From the NCBI GenBank assembly GCA_001303955.1, contig LJUP01000001.1, forward strand, positions 20,328-84,327: a DNA stretch of 64,000 nt, given 5' to 3'. The notes beneath the pieces are model-generated. The model was not told the origin of the DNA, did no database searches, and saw only the letters and a list, made by a program, of their open reading frames with translations. Numbering within the stretch: position 1 is the stretch's first letter; every line of letters begins with the position of its first letter. This document shows, piece by piece, positions 47,668-56,699 of the stretch. Made by a program: the position numbers and the translations under genes. This stretch comes from Bacteroides sp. SM23_62 (lineage in GTDB: Bacteria > Bacteroidota > Bacteroidia > Bacteroidales > SM23-62).

Positions 47668-49743
47668 ATGAAATATTTAGCATATACTCTCCTTGCCTTC
47701 CTGTTTATTCCAACACTGCTGAAATCGCAGGTGGACCGGACACGTGCCCCGGAACCCGGACCGGCACCGGTGATACAGGTAGGTGATTACAAAACTTTTG
47801 AGTTGAAAAACGGCCTGAAGGTATTCCTGGTTGAGAACCATAAGATCCCCCGTGTATCCTATTCACTCCTGCTTGATATCAAACCCTTCTCAGAAGGGGA
47901 CAGCCTGGGATATACAGACATTGCCGGAGAATTACTGGGAACGGCAACCACTATCCGTTCCAAGGATCAGATTGATGATGAAATAGATTTTATCGGCGCA
48001 AGTGTAAACACTTCCTCCAGCTCTCTTTCCGGCTCAGCATTGAAAAAACATAATGAAAAACTGCTGGAGATCATGTCTGATATCCTTCTGAATCCTGTTT
48101 TTAACCAGGACGAGCTTGATAAGGTAAAAAAACAGACCATTTCTGCACTGGCCTATAATAAAAATGATCCCGCTGCCATCTCTGATGTCGTGTCGGATGC
48201 ACTCTTTTACGGGAAAGATCATCCCTATGGTGAAGTGACTACTGAAACCACGGTAAATGCTGTCACGGTGAAAATGTGCGAGGATTATTACCGTACTTAT
48301 TTCAGGCCCAATATTGCCTACCTGGCCATTGTCGGCGATATGAACCTGAAGGAAGCAAAAAAACTGACTAAAAAATATTTCGGGGAATGGGTGCCTGGGG
48401 AAGTACCTTCAAAACAGTATCCCACACCAGAAGCTCCGGCAACGCTGCAGGTTTCCATCGTGGATCGTCCGGTCGCCGTGCAGTCTGTCATCACTGTAGG
48501 ATATCCTGTAGAATACACCCTTGGAACGGATGATTATATCAAGGCCCGTGTCATGAATGTCCTGCTCGGGGGAAGCGACAACAGGTTGTATCAGAACCTG
48601 CGGGAAGATCATGGCTATACTTACGGAGCTTACTCATCACTCAGCCAGGATAAATACATAGGAAGCTTCAGCGCCAGTACTGATGTCAGGAATGAGGTTA
48701 CCGATAGTGCCATATCCCAGATCCTCTACGAAATGGAAAGGATCCGGACCGAACCGGTTCCTGCCGAAGAACTTGAAAAGGTGAAAAACTATCTTACCGG
48801 AACCTTTGCCCTGGCACTCGAAAAACCGGCCACAGTGGCAAGTTTTGCCCTGAATATTGCCAGGTACGGGCTCCCGGCAGATTACTATGCCAATTATCTC
48901 AAGTCCCTCGCTGCAGTCACACCCGAGGATATCAGTGAGATGGCCCGTAAATATATCAAGCCAGAGAACTGTCATGTCTTTGTAGTTGGCAAGGCAGATG
49001 ATATAGCTGAGAAACTGGCAGTACTCAGTCCCGATCAAACCATCAAATATTATGATGTTGAAGGCAATTACATAGATCCTGCCAGTGTGAAAAAAGCACT
49101 TCCTGCAGGATTGACTGTTGAGAAGGTTGTTGAAAATTACCTGGCTGCCATCGGTGGCAGGGAAAAGCTTGAAGCCCTGGAAGATATGGAAGTGAATATG
49201 AAAATGAGTATGCAGGGAATGTCTATTGATGCAAAAATGTACCAGAAAGCGCCTGACAAATACAGAATGACCATGAGTATGGAGGGCAATGTCCTTAATG
49301 ACACCAGGTTTGATGGAACTGTTGGCAGGATCAGCGGGATGCAGGGCGAGCAGGTACTGGAAGGAAAGCAACTGGAAAACCTTCAGGCACAATCACAATT
49401 CATGCCCGAATTGAAGTATGGTGAACTGGGCTATACCCTTCAGTTAAAAAGCATTGAGATGATCGATGGTAAGGAAACCTATTTGGTTGAGGTCTTTCAT
49501 CCCGGAAGCGGAACAGGTTATGATTATTATGATACTGAAACCTGGTTGAAACTCCGTGAAGATAAAATAGAAGAAACCCCCGATGGAAATATGGTCCAGA
49601 CAACCAATTTATCTGATTACAAAGATGTTGATGGTATTTTGTATCCCCACCAAATAGACCTGATTGTTGGTCCACAGCAAATTTCCGGAACAGTCGATAG
49701 CATAAAGCTCAACGCCGGAATTGATGATGCGGTATTCAAATAA
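47668..49743 (+). CDS. M16-family peptidase, non-catalytic subunit, with a ~200-aa C-terminal LolA-like extension
   Basis: M16 fold without HxxEH. The C-terminal ~200 aa (VENYLAAIGGREKLEAL...KAPDKYRM...FDGTVG...) resembles LolA-like beta-sheet domains. Confidence 0.85.
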   Translation: MKYLAYTLLAFLFIPTLLKSQVDRTRAPEPGPAPVIQVGDYKTFELKNGLKVFLVENHKIPRVSYSLLLDIKPFSEGDSLGYTDIAGELLGTATTIRSKDQIDDEIDFIGASVNTSSSSLSGSALKKHNEKLLEIMSDILLNPVFNQDELDKVKKQTISALAYNKNDPAAISDVVSDALFYGKDHPYGEVTTETTVNAVTVKMCEDYYRTYFRPNIAYLAIVGDMNLKEAKKLTKKYFGEWVPGEVPSKQYPTPEAPATLQVSIVDRPVAVQSVITVGYPVEYTLGTDDYIKARVMNVLLGGSDNRLYQNLREDHGYTYGAYSSLSQDKYIGSFSASTDVRNEVTDSAISQILYEMERIRTEPVPAEELEKVKNYLTGTFALALEKPATVASFALNIARYGLPADYYANYLKSLAAVTPEDISEMARKYIKPENCHVFVVGKADDIAEKLAVLSPDQTIKYYDVEGNYIDPASVKKALPAGLTVEKVVENYLAAIGGREKLEALEDMEVNMKMSMQGMSIDAKMYQKAPDKYRMTMSMEGNVLNDTRFDGTVGRISGMQGEQVLEGKQLENLQAQSQFMPELKYGELGYTLQLKSIEMIDGKETYLVEVFHPGSGTGYDYYDTETWLKLREDKIEETPDGNMVQTTNLSDYKDVDGILYPHQIDLIVGPQQISGTVDSIKLNAGIDDAVFK

Positions 49744-49749
49744 AGCTTT

Positions 49750-50202
49750 ATGAGGGCAATCATTCAAAGGGTCAGCCATGCTTCTGTCAATATTGACAGG
49801 CAGGAGAAAGCCCGCATTGGAAATGGTTTACTCATCCTTTTGGGCATTGAGGAAGCCGACACCAATGAAGACCTGGAGTGGCTTAGTGGAAAAATTTCCA
49901 GGTTAAGGATCTTCCGTGATCGGAAAGGGATTATGAATCTATCCCTCACAGAAGTTGAGGGTGAAACCCTGGTGATTAGCCAGTTCACCCTGCATGCGAG
50001 TACCAGAAAAGGTAACAGGCCGTCATATATACGTGCAGCCAGGCCTGAAACTGCCATCCCGTTGTATGGACAATTCATAAACCAATTGTCACATGATACC
50101 GGACGGGAAGTGAAATCTGGAGAGTTTGGTGCATATATGCAGGTTGAAATGTTGAATGATGGTCCCGTTACCATTGTCATTGACACCAAAAACAGGGAAT
50201 AA
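49750..50202 (+). CDS. dtd: D-aminoacyl-tRNA deacylase
   Basis: MRAIIQRVSHASV...SQFTL...GNRPSY...NDGPVT matches Dtd along its length. 150 aa. Confidence 0.93.
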   Translation: MRAIIQRVSHASVNIDRQEKARIGNGLLILLGIEEADTNEDLEWLSGKISRLRIFRDRKGIMNLSLTEVEGETLVISQFTLHASTRKGNRPSYIRAARPETAIPLYGQFINQLSHDTGREVKSGEFGAYMQVEMLNDGPVTIVIDTKNRE

Positions 50203-50301
50203 TGACACTGGAGGATTTTAAACCATCCGAGACTGGTAAAGACCTGTCAGAAGAAGCTATGCGCTTACAACCCTTCATTGCCCCCATCCAGTGTGGTATA
50301 T

Positions 50302-52428
50302 TTAAAATCCAATGGGATAGGTTAATTTCAGAAAAACTGTCCGGTGATCATAATACTGTTTCTCAGTATGATCAAAATAATTATCCCCGGCATATATCAG
50401 GTACAGGGCACCAAAAGGTGGTTTGAACCGCCAACCGAATTGCCCGTAAAGGTAAAAACGTTTATCGTAGGAATTATGCTGGGCAAAGAGTCTGACCCAG
50501 AGATTATTTGTAAAATAATAATCCAGGGTCAGTATATTCAATAAGGTGTTTTGTTCCAGGCGTATCCCGGGGTACGAGAGGGTATCAGTACCAAAGTTAA
50601 GCCATGAAATATTATACTTTACAGTCAGTCTTTCCAGGGCTTGCAGGGCCACGTCTCCCTGGATGATTTTCATTTTCCGGTTGAAGTTCCTTCCGGTTGA
50701 AAAGGAAAGTGAGGCGTAGGAAGAGGCATCCGTATTATAGCCCAGTTCATTTTCGATGAAATAATTGTAAAAATAAAGTTCCTCCGGTTGGCCGGAAGCA
50801 TCTGTGCTGTTGCGAACCTGGTAACGATAATCAATGTAAAACCTGTAACTGAAATTGCAGGTTAGGTAAAAGCGGATGTAATCCCTGAAAGTATATCCCC
50901 TCATGATACCGTCAAGTCCCCAAAAAACATTGTTCCCGAAAAAGACCCGGATATATCGCATAAAAGATTCATTGAACCAGAAGGTATAACTCATGTCGGC
51001 ATCCAGTTCATGCCTGTTATCATCCCTCAAGAAACCGGTCTGGTTGATATTTTCAGCAAGATCTCCCCCAAGAAGGGTATAACGCAGGTGAACGTGATGT
51101 TTGTTTGACTCATGGGCTACCCTGAGGAATCCCCCGCTATGCTTGAGGATATCTCCGGGATAGCTGCCCATCAGTTGCCCTGTGATCTTCCAGCGCTCTC
51201 CCGGGTTCAGGACCCAGTCCAGCCCGAAAGAACGTGCAAATGTAGTATCGAAATCCGACTTGTCCACAATGATTGCCCCAATGGTAGAAGATCTTAAAAT
51301 ATCTTTCTTGACCCGTGCAACTGTATAGAAGGCTGCAGGAAGTCCTTGTTCAACATTTTCCGGACTTCTTACATTCAAAATATTCATGCCATATCCACCG
51401 GCCTTGCCAGTAAATTTTACACCATAATTGATGTCTCCAATCCTTCTTGAATAAAAAGGGCGGTACCGCATGGTGAACATTTCGTTCCCTTCCTGGAAAA
51501 ATAGCCTTTTATCCGGGAAGTCAACCTCCCAGCCCGTCAGGTCGATTTTTACCAGATCACCTTCCACAGAAGCAAAGTCTGGATTGATTGTCGCATTCAT
51601 GCTGAAGTTGGAAGAAAGGTTCACCAGTATGTCTCCTCCCACATCAGGCTTTAATTTATTGTATTGCCTGGTGATATCGCTGTTTTCATACCTCAGCGAA
51701 ACATAAGGGAATAGCATCAGCCGTTTAGGTCTGACAGGCGCCCGGATGCCTTCAAGCTGCCCCCCCTGGGATATCCTGAAATTATCAACCATTTCCCCGG
51801 ACCACCAGGAAGTTTCCAGATTGCTGATCAGGATCCTTCCGAAATTAATCCCCCAGATTTCATTCGAAGCGCGGTACTTAATACTCCCGAAGGGAATGGC
51901 CATCTCGCAAACCCATCCAGTGGCCAAGCGGCCAGCTGCAGCCTCCCACTCCGTATCCCATTCGTAATTGATAAACCGCCCGTCATCTGTGATCTTATAA
52001 TCGGTCTGTGTGCCTAGCGGATTTACTGTAAATCCATAGGCAGTCCGGCTATCAATATAAGTGTCAAGTAGCAATATTACAGCATCATCTCCACCTGTCA
52101 CCCGGTCCCTTGTCTGTATATTTGCCATGATTGGATTACTGCTTCCCTGGATGCATGAGAATGCCACATATATGTTAATGCTGTCAAAACTGGCATATAC
52201 CTTTGTAATTTCGCTAGCATCGCATCCCTTATCCGGTTCCATCTGGATAAAGCCGGAGTCAGGCTGAATGTTATCCCATTCACCCGCAGAAAAAATCCCA
52301 TCAATTTGTGGAGGGTTGGCAGTATAGGATATCAGCATGTTTTTCTGTCCTGATACTTTTATGCCAAGGCATAAAATGATTAGAAAAAGTAAACGGAAGG
52401 ATGAAACCATCTGAAATTTGTTGTGCAT
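50302..52428 (-). CDS. CBM9-like / DUF5916-family outer-membrane protein
   Basis: Signal peptide. The N-terminus reads PPQIDGIFSAGEWDN...IYVAFSC (CBM9-like). A large beta-barrel region ends in Phe (TYPIGF). Confidence 0.8.
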   Translation of the reverse strand: MHNKFQMVSSFRLLFLIILCLGIKVSGQKNMLISYTANPPQIDGIFSAGEWDNIQPDSGFIQMEPDKGCDASEITKVYASFDSINIYVAFSCIQGSSNPIMANIQTRDRVTGGDDAVILLLDTYIDSRTAYGFTVNPLGTQTDYKITDDGRFINYEWDTEWEAAAGRLATGWVCEMAIPFGSIKYRASNEIWGINFGRILISNLETSWWSGEMVDNFRISQGGQLEGIRAPVRPKRLMLFPYVSLRYENSDITRQYNKLKPDVGGDILVNLSSNFSMNATINPDFASVEGDLVKIDLTGWEVDFPDKRLFFQEGNEMFTMRYRPFYSRRIGDINYGVKFTGKAGGYGMNILNVRSPENVEQGLPAAFYTVARVKKDILRSSTIGAIIVDKSDFDTTFARSFGLDWVLNPGERWKITGQLMGSYPGDILKHSGGFLRVAHESNKHHVHLRYTLLGGDLAENINQTGFLRDDNRHELDADMSYTFWFNESFMRYIRVFFGNNVFWGLDGIMRGYTFRDYIRFYLTCNFSYRFYIDYRYQVRNSTDASGQPEELYFYNYFIENELGYNTDASSYASLSFSTGRNFNRKMKIIQGDVALQALERLTVKYNISWLNFGTDTLSYPGIRLEQNTLLNILTLDYYFTNNLWVRLFAQHNSYDKRFYLYGQFGWRFKPPFGALYLIYAGDNYFDHTEKQYYDHRTVFLKLTYPIGF

Positions 52429-52462
52429 TAGGCCTTGGTCAATCTCGTGTTTTTAAAAAGTT

Positions 52463-52470
52463 TACATTTG
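52463..52470 (+). promoter_or_regulatory. -7 box TACATTTG upstream of deoC
   Basis: Exact TAnnTTTG, 31 nt upstream of the ATG. Confidence 0.35.
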
Positions 52471-52501
52471 TTTACTGCAAGATAAATATAAACCAAATAT
52501 C

Positions 52502-53368
52502 ATGAGTTCTTACGAATACATACCCCAAAATGAACGCTCTCTTGATGAAATCAGGTCAGGGATCCTGATTGAAAAAAATCCTGAATCCCTGAAACTTATT
52601 TTCAGCCTGGTCGACCTGACAACACTGAATACGGACGATACTGCATCCAAGGTAAAGACGATGTGTGAAAAGATGAATGATTTCCCCTGTCAATTTCCGG
52701 GATACCCCATGGTGGGGGCCATTTGTGTATATCCCTTGCTGGTGCCGGTTGTAAATGAAAACCTGATTGTCAATCAAGTGAATATTGCTTCAGTGGCAGC
52801 GGGATTTCCTTCTTCCCAGACCTTCCCTGAAGTGAAAGAAATGGAAAGCAGGGCGGCAGTTGAAGCAGGAGCCAATGAAATAGATATCGTCATCTCGGCA
52901 GGTAAATTCCTTGAAAATGAGCTTGATTATGTATCTGCCGAAATCCGGCAAATCAAGAAGGCCATTGGCCATGCCAAACTTAAAGTGATTCTTGAAACCG
53001 GACTGCTTCCTTATCCATCAGCCATTTACCGTGCATCCATGGTCAGTATGGAATCCGGTGCAGATTTCATCAAGACCTCAACCGGTAAGATCCAGCCTGC
53101 AGCCACCCCTGAGGCAGTCCTGGTAATGTGTCATGCCATCAAGGACTTCATGGAGAAAACCGGCAGAAAGGTCGGGATCAAACCGGCAGGAGGTATAAGC
53201 ACTGCAGATCATGCCCTTGAATACGTATCCATTGTAAAAGGAATTCTCGGAGAAGAGTGGCTTGACCCTGGTTTATTTCGTATAGGCGCCAGCAGGCTGG
53301 CCAATAACCTGCTTTCTGAAATTATTTCCATGGAAACCGGAAAGCCTCAGGAGATTGCCTATTTCTGA
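52502..53368 (+). CDS. deoC: Deoxyribose-phosphate aldolase (long form)
   Basis: TTLN...D, the Schiff-base Lys context DFIKTSTGK, and KPAGGI. Confidence 0.9.
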   Translation: MSSYEYIPQNERSLDEIRSGILIEKNPESLKLIFSLVDLTTLNTDDTASKVKTMCEKMNDFPCQFPGYPMVGAICVYPLLVPVVNENLIVNQVNIASVAAGFPSSQTFPEVKEMESRAAVEAGANEIDIVISAGKFLENELDYVSAEIRQIKKAIGHAKLKVILETGLLPYPSAIYRASMVSMESGADFIKTSTGKIQPAATPEAVLVMCHAIKDFMEKTGRKVGIKPAGGISTADHALEYVSIVKGILGEEWLDPGLFRIGASRLANNLLSEIISMETGKPQEIAYF

Positions 53369-53395
53369 TTTTATCGGTCTTCGTTATCTTTACGT

Positions 53396-54460
53396 ATGCT
53401 TTACCCAAGCCAGGATACTGTAAAAGCTACCATTGTAGTCCAGGATTCAACCCCACGATTCAGGAAATTCAACGAGGCGGAAGTTGACAGCATATTTAAA
53501 ATGCTCGAAAGACGCGAGGAAATGCTGGATTCCATTGCCAGGGCCGGGGTCCGGATGCGGTATTTCCAATCCCTCAAACCCCCGGAACCTGAGGGATTCG
53601 ATACTGCTGCAGTACCCTATTATCTGACAGATGATTCCGTTCCATTTCTGATCCATCCGATCAGCCATTTCAGTACCCGTTATTTTTGTTCCAGGGATAC
53701 CACGAAGCCGGTACTGGTGGAAGTGGCAGATAATCCCCCATTCAAACAGGAGACCCTTTCGGAATCAAGGTCTCCATCCGATTCGCCTGCGGTCCGGTCA
53801 CATGATCTTCGTCCGGACTGGTTGCTGGGAATCATTATCGCCAGCCTGGTATTACTCGCCTGGCTGAAACTGTTCTACCATAAATTCCTGGACCAGATGA
53901 TGCAGTCAGTTACCAACTATCAACTTTCTGTTAAACTCCTGAGGGATCAGAATATTTTTTCAAAAAGGGTGGCCATTGCCCTGAACCTGAATTTCGTTTT
54001 CATTGGAGGTGCCTTTGTATATCTTATTTTCGGTTACTTCAACTTACGGCCCTTTCTGCTGAATGACATATTATCCTATCTGTGTTATTCGGGATGCCTG
54101 ATGGTGTTGTTGCTGGTCCGGCATGTAGTACTGCATGTCACCGGATATCTTTTTGACAGCCATCATGTCTTCAGGGAGTATCTGCACCAGATTTTCCTTA
54201 TATACAAGAGCCTGGGAATCTATATAATCATTCTTGTCATTGGTCTTGCCTATATCCGTGAGGATCTGAGGATTTATTTTGTTTATCTAGGAATTTTACT
54301 GGTTTTTACCGCTTATTTTCTGCGACTATTTAAAGGTGTGAAAATATTATTGAATAAAGATGTTTTAATATTTTATTTGATTTTATACCTTTGTACCCTT
54401 GAAATTTTACCCTTTCTGATCTTATACAGGTTTTTTTCTTTATCGGTATTGAGAGGATAG
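53396..54460 (+). CDS. DUF4271-family membrane protein
   Basis: Six TM helices in the C-terminal half. Its position directly upstream of hemD is conserved in Bacteroidota. Confidence 0.75.
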   Translation: MLYPSQDTVKATIVVQDSTPRFRKFNEAEVDSIFKMLERREEMLDSIARAGVRMRYFQSLKPPEPEGFDTAAVPYYLTDDSVPFLIHPISHFSTRYFCSRDTTKPVLVEVADNPPFKQETLSESRSPSDSPAVRSHDLRPDWLLGIIIASLVLLAWLKLFYHKFLDQMMQSVTNYQLSVKLLRDQNIFSKRVAIALNLNFVFIGGAFVYLIFGYFNLRPFLLNDILSYLCYSGCLMVLLLVRHVVLHVTGYLFDSHHVFREYLHQIFLIYKSLGIYIIILVIGLAYIREDLRIYFVYLGILLVFTAYFLRLFKGVKILLNKDVLIFYLILYLCTLEILPFLILYRFFSLSVLRG

Positions 54461-54479
54461 GTTAAAAAGTGTAAGTTTC

Positions 54480-55235
54480 ATGAAAATTAAGAAGATTCTT
54501 GTTTCACAGCCAGCACCGGAAAACGGTAAATCCCCCTATTTTGAACTAGCTGATAAGAATAATCTGCTGATTGATTTCAGGCCTTTTATTCATGTCGAAG
54601 GAATTCCAGCCAAGGAATTCCGGCAGCACCGTATTGATATACTGGATCATACTGCCGTAATTTTTACCAGTAAAACTGCCATCGATCATTTCTTTCGTAT
54701 TTGCGAGGAATTACGTGTGACAGTCCCTGACAGCATGAAATATTTCTGTATATCCGAGGCCACTGCTTACTATCTGCAGAAATACATAGTCTACCGCAAA
54801 AGGAAGATTTTTTTTGGAAATGGCATATTCCCCGATTTGATGGACCTTATCAACAAGCACCGGGATGAGACTTATCTTGTTCCCCTTTCGGATATCCACA
54901 AGGAAGAGATCCCTAAAACACTTAAAGAACAAAAGATCAAATTCTCCAAGGCCATATTGTACCGTACAGTTTGCAGTGATCTCTCAGATCTTTCCCTGAT
55001 CAATTATGATATGCTGGTTTTTTTCAGTCCCTCAGGCATTAAATCACTGAAGCAAAACTTTCCTGATTTTCAGCAGGACAGTATCAAGATTGCCTCATTC
55101 GGTAATACAACAGCCAGTGCTGTAGAAGAAGCCGGTTTCAGACTTGATGTAAAAGCCCCCATGCCGGAGGCACCTTCCATGACCATGGCACTTGAACAGT
55201 TCATCAAATTACACAACCGGAACACCAAGAAATAA
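54480..55235 (+). CDS. hemD: Uroporphyrinogen-III synthase
   Basis: KILVSQPAPENGKSPYFELADK...IDFRPFIHVEG...FTSKTAIDHFF follows the Bacteroidota HemD pattern. 251 aa. Confidence 0.85.
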   Translation: MKIKKILVSQPAPENGKSPYFELADKNNLLIDFRPFIHVEGIPAKEFRQHRIDILDHTAVIFTSKTAIDHFFRICEELRVTVPDSMKYFCISEATAYYLQKYIVYRKRKIFFGNGIFPDLMDLINKHRDETYLVPLSDIHKEEIPKTLKEQKIKFSKAILYRTVCSDLSDLSLINYDMLVFFSPSGIKSLKQNFPDFQQDSIKIASFGNTTASAVEEAGFRLDVKAPMPEAPSMTMALEQFIKLHNRNTKK

Positions 55236-55321
55236 TCTTTCATAACTTAGTGATTTTTCGGTCTTCCCTGTTGTTGCTACAGATCATCAGGGAAGGGATG
55301 ACATGATTGATCTGCGAGAAC

Positions 55322-55711
55322 ATGACCAGGGAATTTACTTTGGGTAGAGAAGAGCGGTTGAAAAGTAACCTGTCCATTCAGGAATTGCTTAAGCATGGCA
55401 GGACAGTATCCCTTTTTCCCCTGAAAATCTACTGGAATTTTTCTTCTGATCCCCATCAGAAATATCCGGCCAGGGCCGCCATGAGCGTTCCCAAGCGAAA
55501 ATACAGGAGGGCGGTGGACAGGAACCTGATGAAAAGGCGGCTCAAGGAAGCTTACCGTCTAAACAAGTATATGCTATATGATAAACTGGATCAGCATCAA
55601 CAGAAAATTCAGCTGATCATTTTGTTACTTTCGGACGAATTCATACCTTACAAGCAGTTGGAACAGGGTATGCGTGAGATTTTCCGGAAACTGGTAAACA
55701 AACTATCCTGA
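55322..55711 (+). CDS. rnpA: Ribonuclease P protein component
   Basis: A basic 129-aa protein with the RNR-like motif KRKYRRAVDRNLMKRRLKEAYR. ATG at 55322. Confidence 0.88.
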   Translation: MTREFTLGREERLKSNLSIQELLKHGRTVSLFPLKIYWNFSSDPHQKYPARAAMSVPKRKYRRAVDRNLMKRRLKEAYRLNKYMLYDKLDQHQQKIQLIILLLSDEFIPYKQLEQGMREIFRKLVNKLS

Positions 55712-55730
55712 ATTCCGTTATTATTCTGTT

Positions 55731-56615
55731 ATGTATCCCAGGCTGATCATTTTGTTATTGCTGGTATTGCCCTGCAACGGGAGAGGACAGATTATCCTTG
55801 ATACCATGTATTTCAATCAAAACTGGGAACAAAGCACAAAACAGGACGCAAATTATTACCGAATAGTATCCACCGATACCTCCTCCGGAAGTTTTCGTTT
55901 TTTTGTGAGGGATTTTTATCTTTCAGGGCAGGTCCAAATGACAGGGACATATAAATCCATCCGCCCTGACAACAAGGATGGCCAATTTATTTATTACTAT
56001 GAAAACGGTCAACAACAGAGGGATTGTCATTACAGGGAGAATACCCTTAACGGCATATTCAGGGAATGGTACAGGTCCGGACAACAAAAGAACGAACAGG
56101 AATATAAAAATGGATTACTGGATGGTATTTACAAAACATGGCGTGAGAACGGCAGCCTGAAAATGGAAGCACGTTATGTCAGGGGTAAAAAAAATGGAAA
56201 TTTCAAAACTTATTATGAAAACGGGCAGCATATCCGTAATGATCTCTATGAAGCCGATAGACTGGTTGAAGGATTTTGCTTCACTCCGGATGGTGATCCT
56301 ACTGAGTATTTTCCCTATATGGTGATGCCACAATTTCAGGATGGGCAAACAGGCCTTCGGAAATTTATAGAGAGAGAATTAAAATATCCTCCTGAAGCTA
56401 AGCGAAAGGGATATCAAGGATACGTGATCGTCGTATTTACCGTGGACGAAGAGGGCAATGTGAAAGATCCTCAGATAGTAAATGGCGACAGGGAATACTT
56501 TAATGAAGAAGCGCTCAGGGTGGTAAATCTCTTTCCAAAATGGATCCCAGGGAAAGTGGACGGAATTCCCAGTCCGGTTCATGTAACCGTCCCGATTGAA
56601 TTCCTTCTCCGTTGA
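55731..56615 (+). CDS. MORN/YwqK-repeat protein with a TonB C-terminal domain
   Basis: Repeats YYENGQ..., LNGIFREWYRSGQ, LDGIYKTWRENG, KNGNFKTYYENGQ. The C-terminus is TonB_C (PQFQDGQTGLRKFIERELKYPPEAKRKGYQGYVIVVFTVDEEGNV). Confidence 0.82.
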   Translation: MYPRLIILLLLVLPCNGRGQIILDTMYFNQNWEQSTKQDANYYRIVSTDTSSGSFRFFVRDFYLSGQVQMTGTYKSIRPDNKDGQFIYYYENGQQQRDCHYRENTLNGIFREWYRSGQQKNEQEYKNGLLDGIYKTWRENGSLKMEARYVRGKKNGNFKTYYENGQHIRNDLYEADRLVEGFCFTPDGDPTEYFPYMVMPQFQDGQTGLRKFIERELKYPPEAKRKGYQGYVIVVFTVDEEGNVKDPQIVNGDREYFNEEALRVVNLFPKWIPGKVDGIPSPVHVTVPIEFLLR

Positions 56616-56656
56616 TTACTGCCGTATTTTTGCCGGGATTTCAATTCCGGATTTCG

Positions 56657-56664
56657 TAATTTTG
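56657..56664 (+). promoter_or_regulatory. -7 box TAATTTTG upstream of the alpha-2-macroglobulin gene
   Basis: Exact TAnnTTTG, 36 nt upstream of the ATG. Confidence 0.35.
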
Positions 56665-56699
56665 GATAGCATCAAAAAACTACAAATATCCCCGGTACC

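Noticed and set aside
48637-49392. A 251-aa minus-strand ORF lies inside the second M16 peptidase gene.
   Set aside because: It is antisense to a well-supported CDS. The translation is His/Phe/Cys-rich and motif-free. It is a shadow ORF.
55263-55295. An 8-bp stem (CTTCCCTG ... CAGGGAAG) with a 17-nt loop lies between hemD and rnpA.
   Set aside because: It has no T-tract and a large loop, and it could arise by chance. It is not convincing as a terminator or an RNA element.
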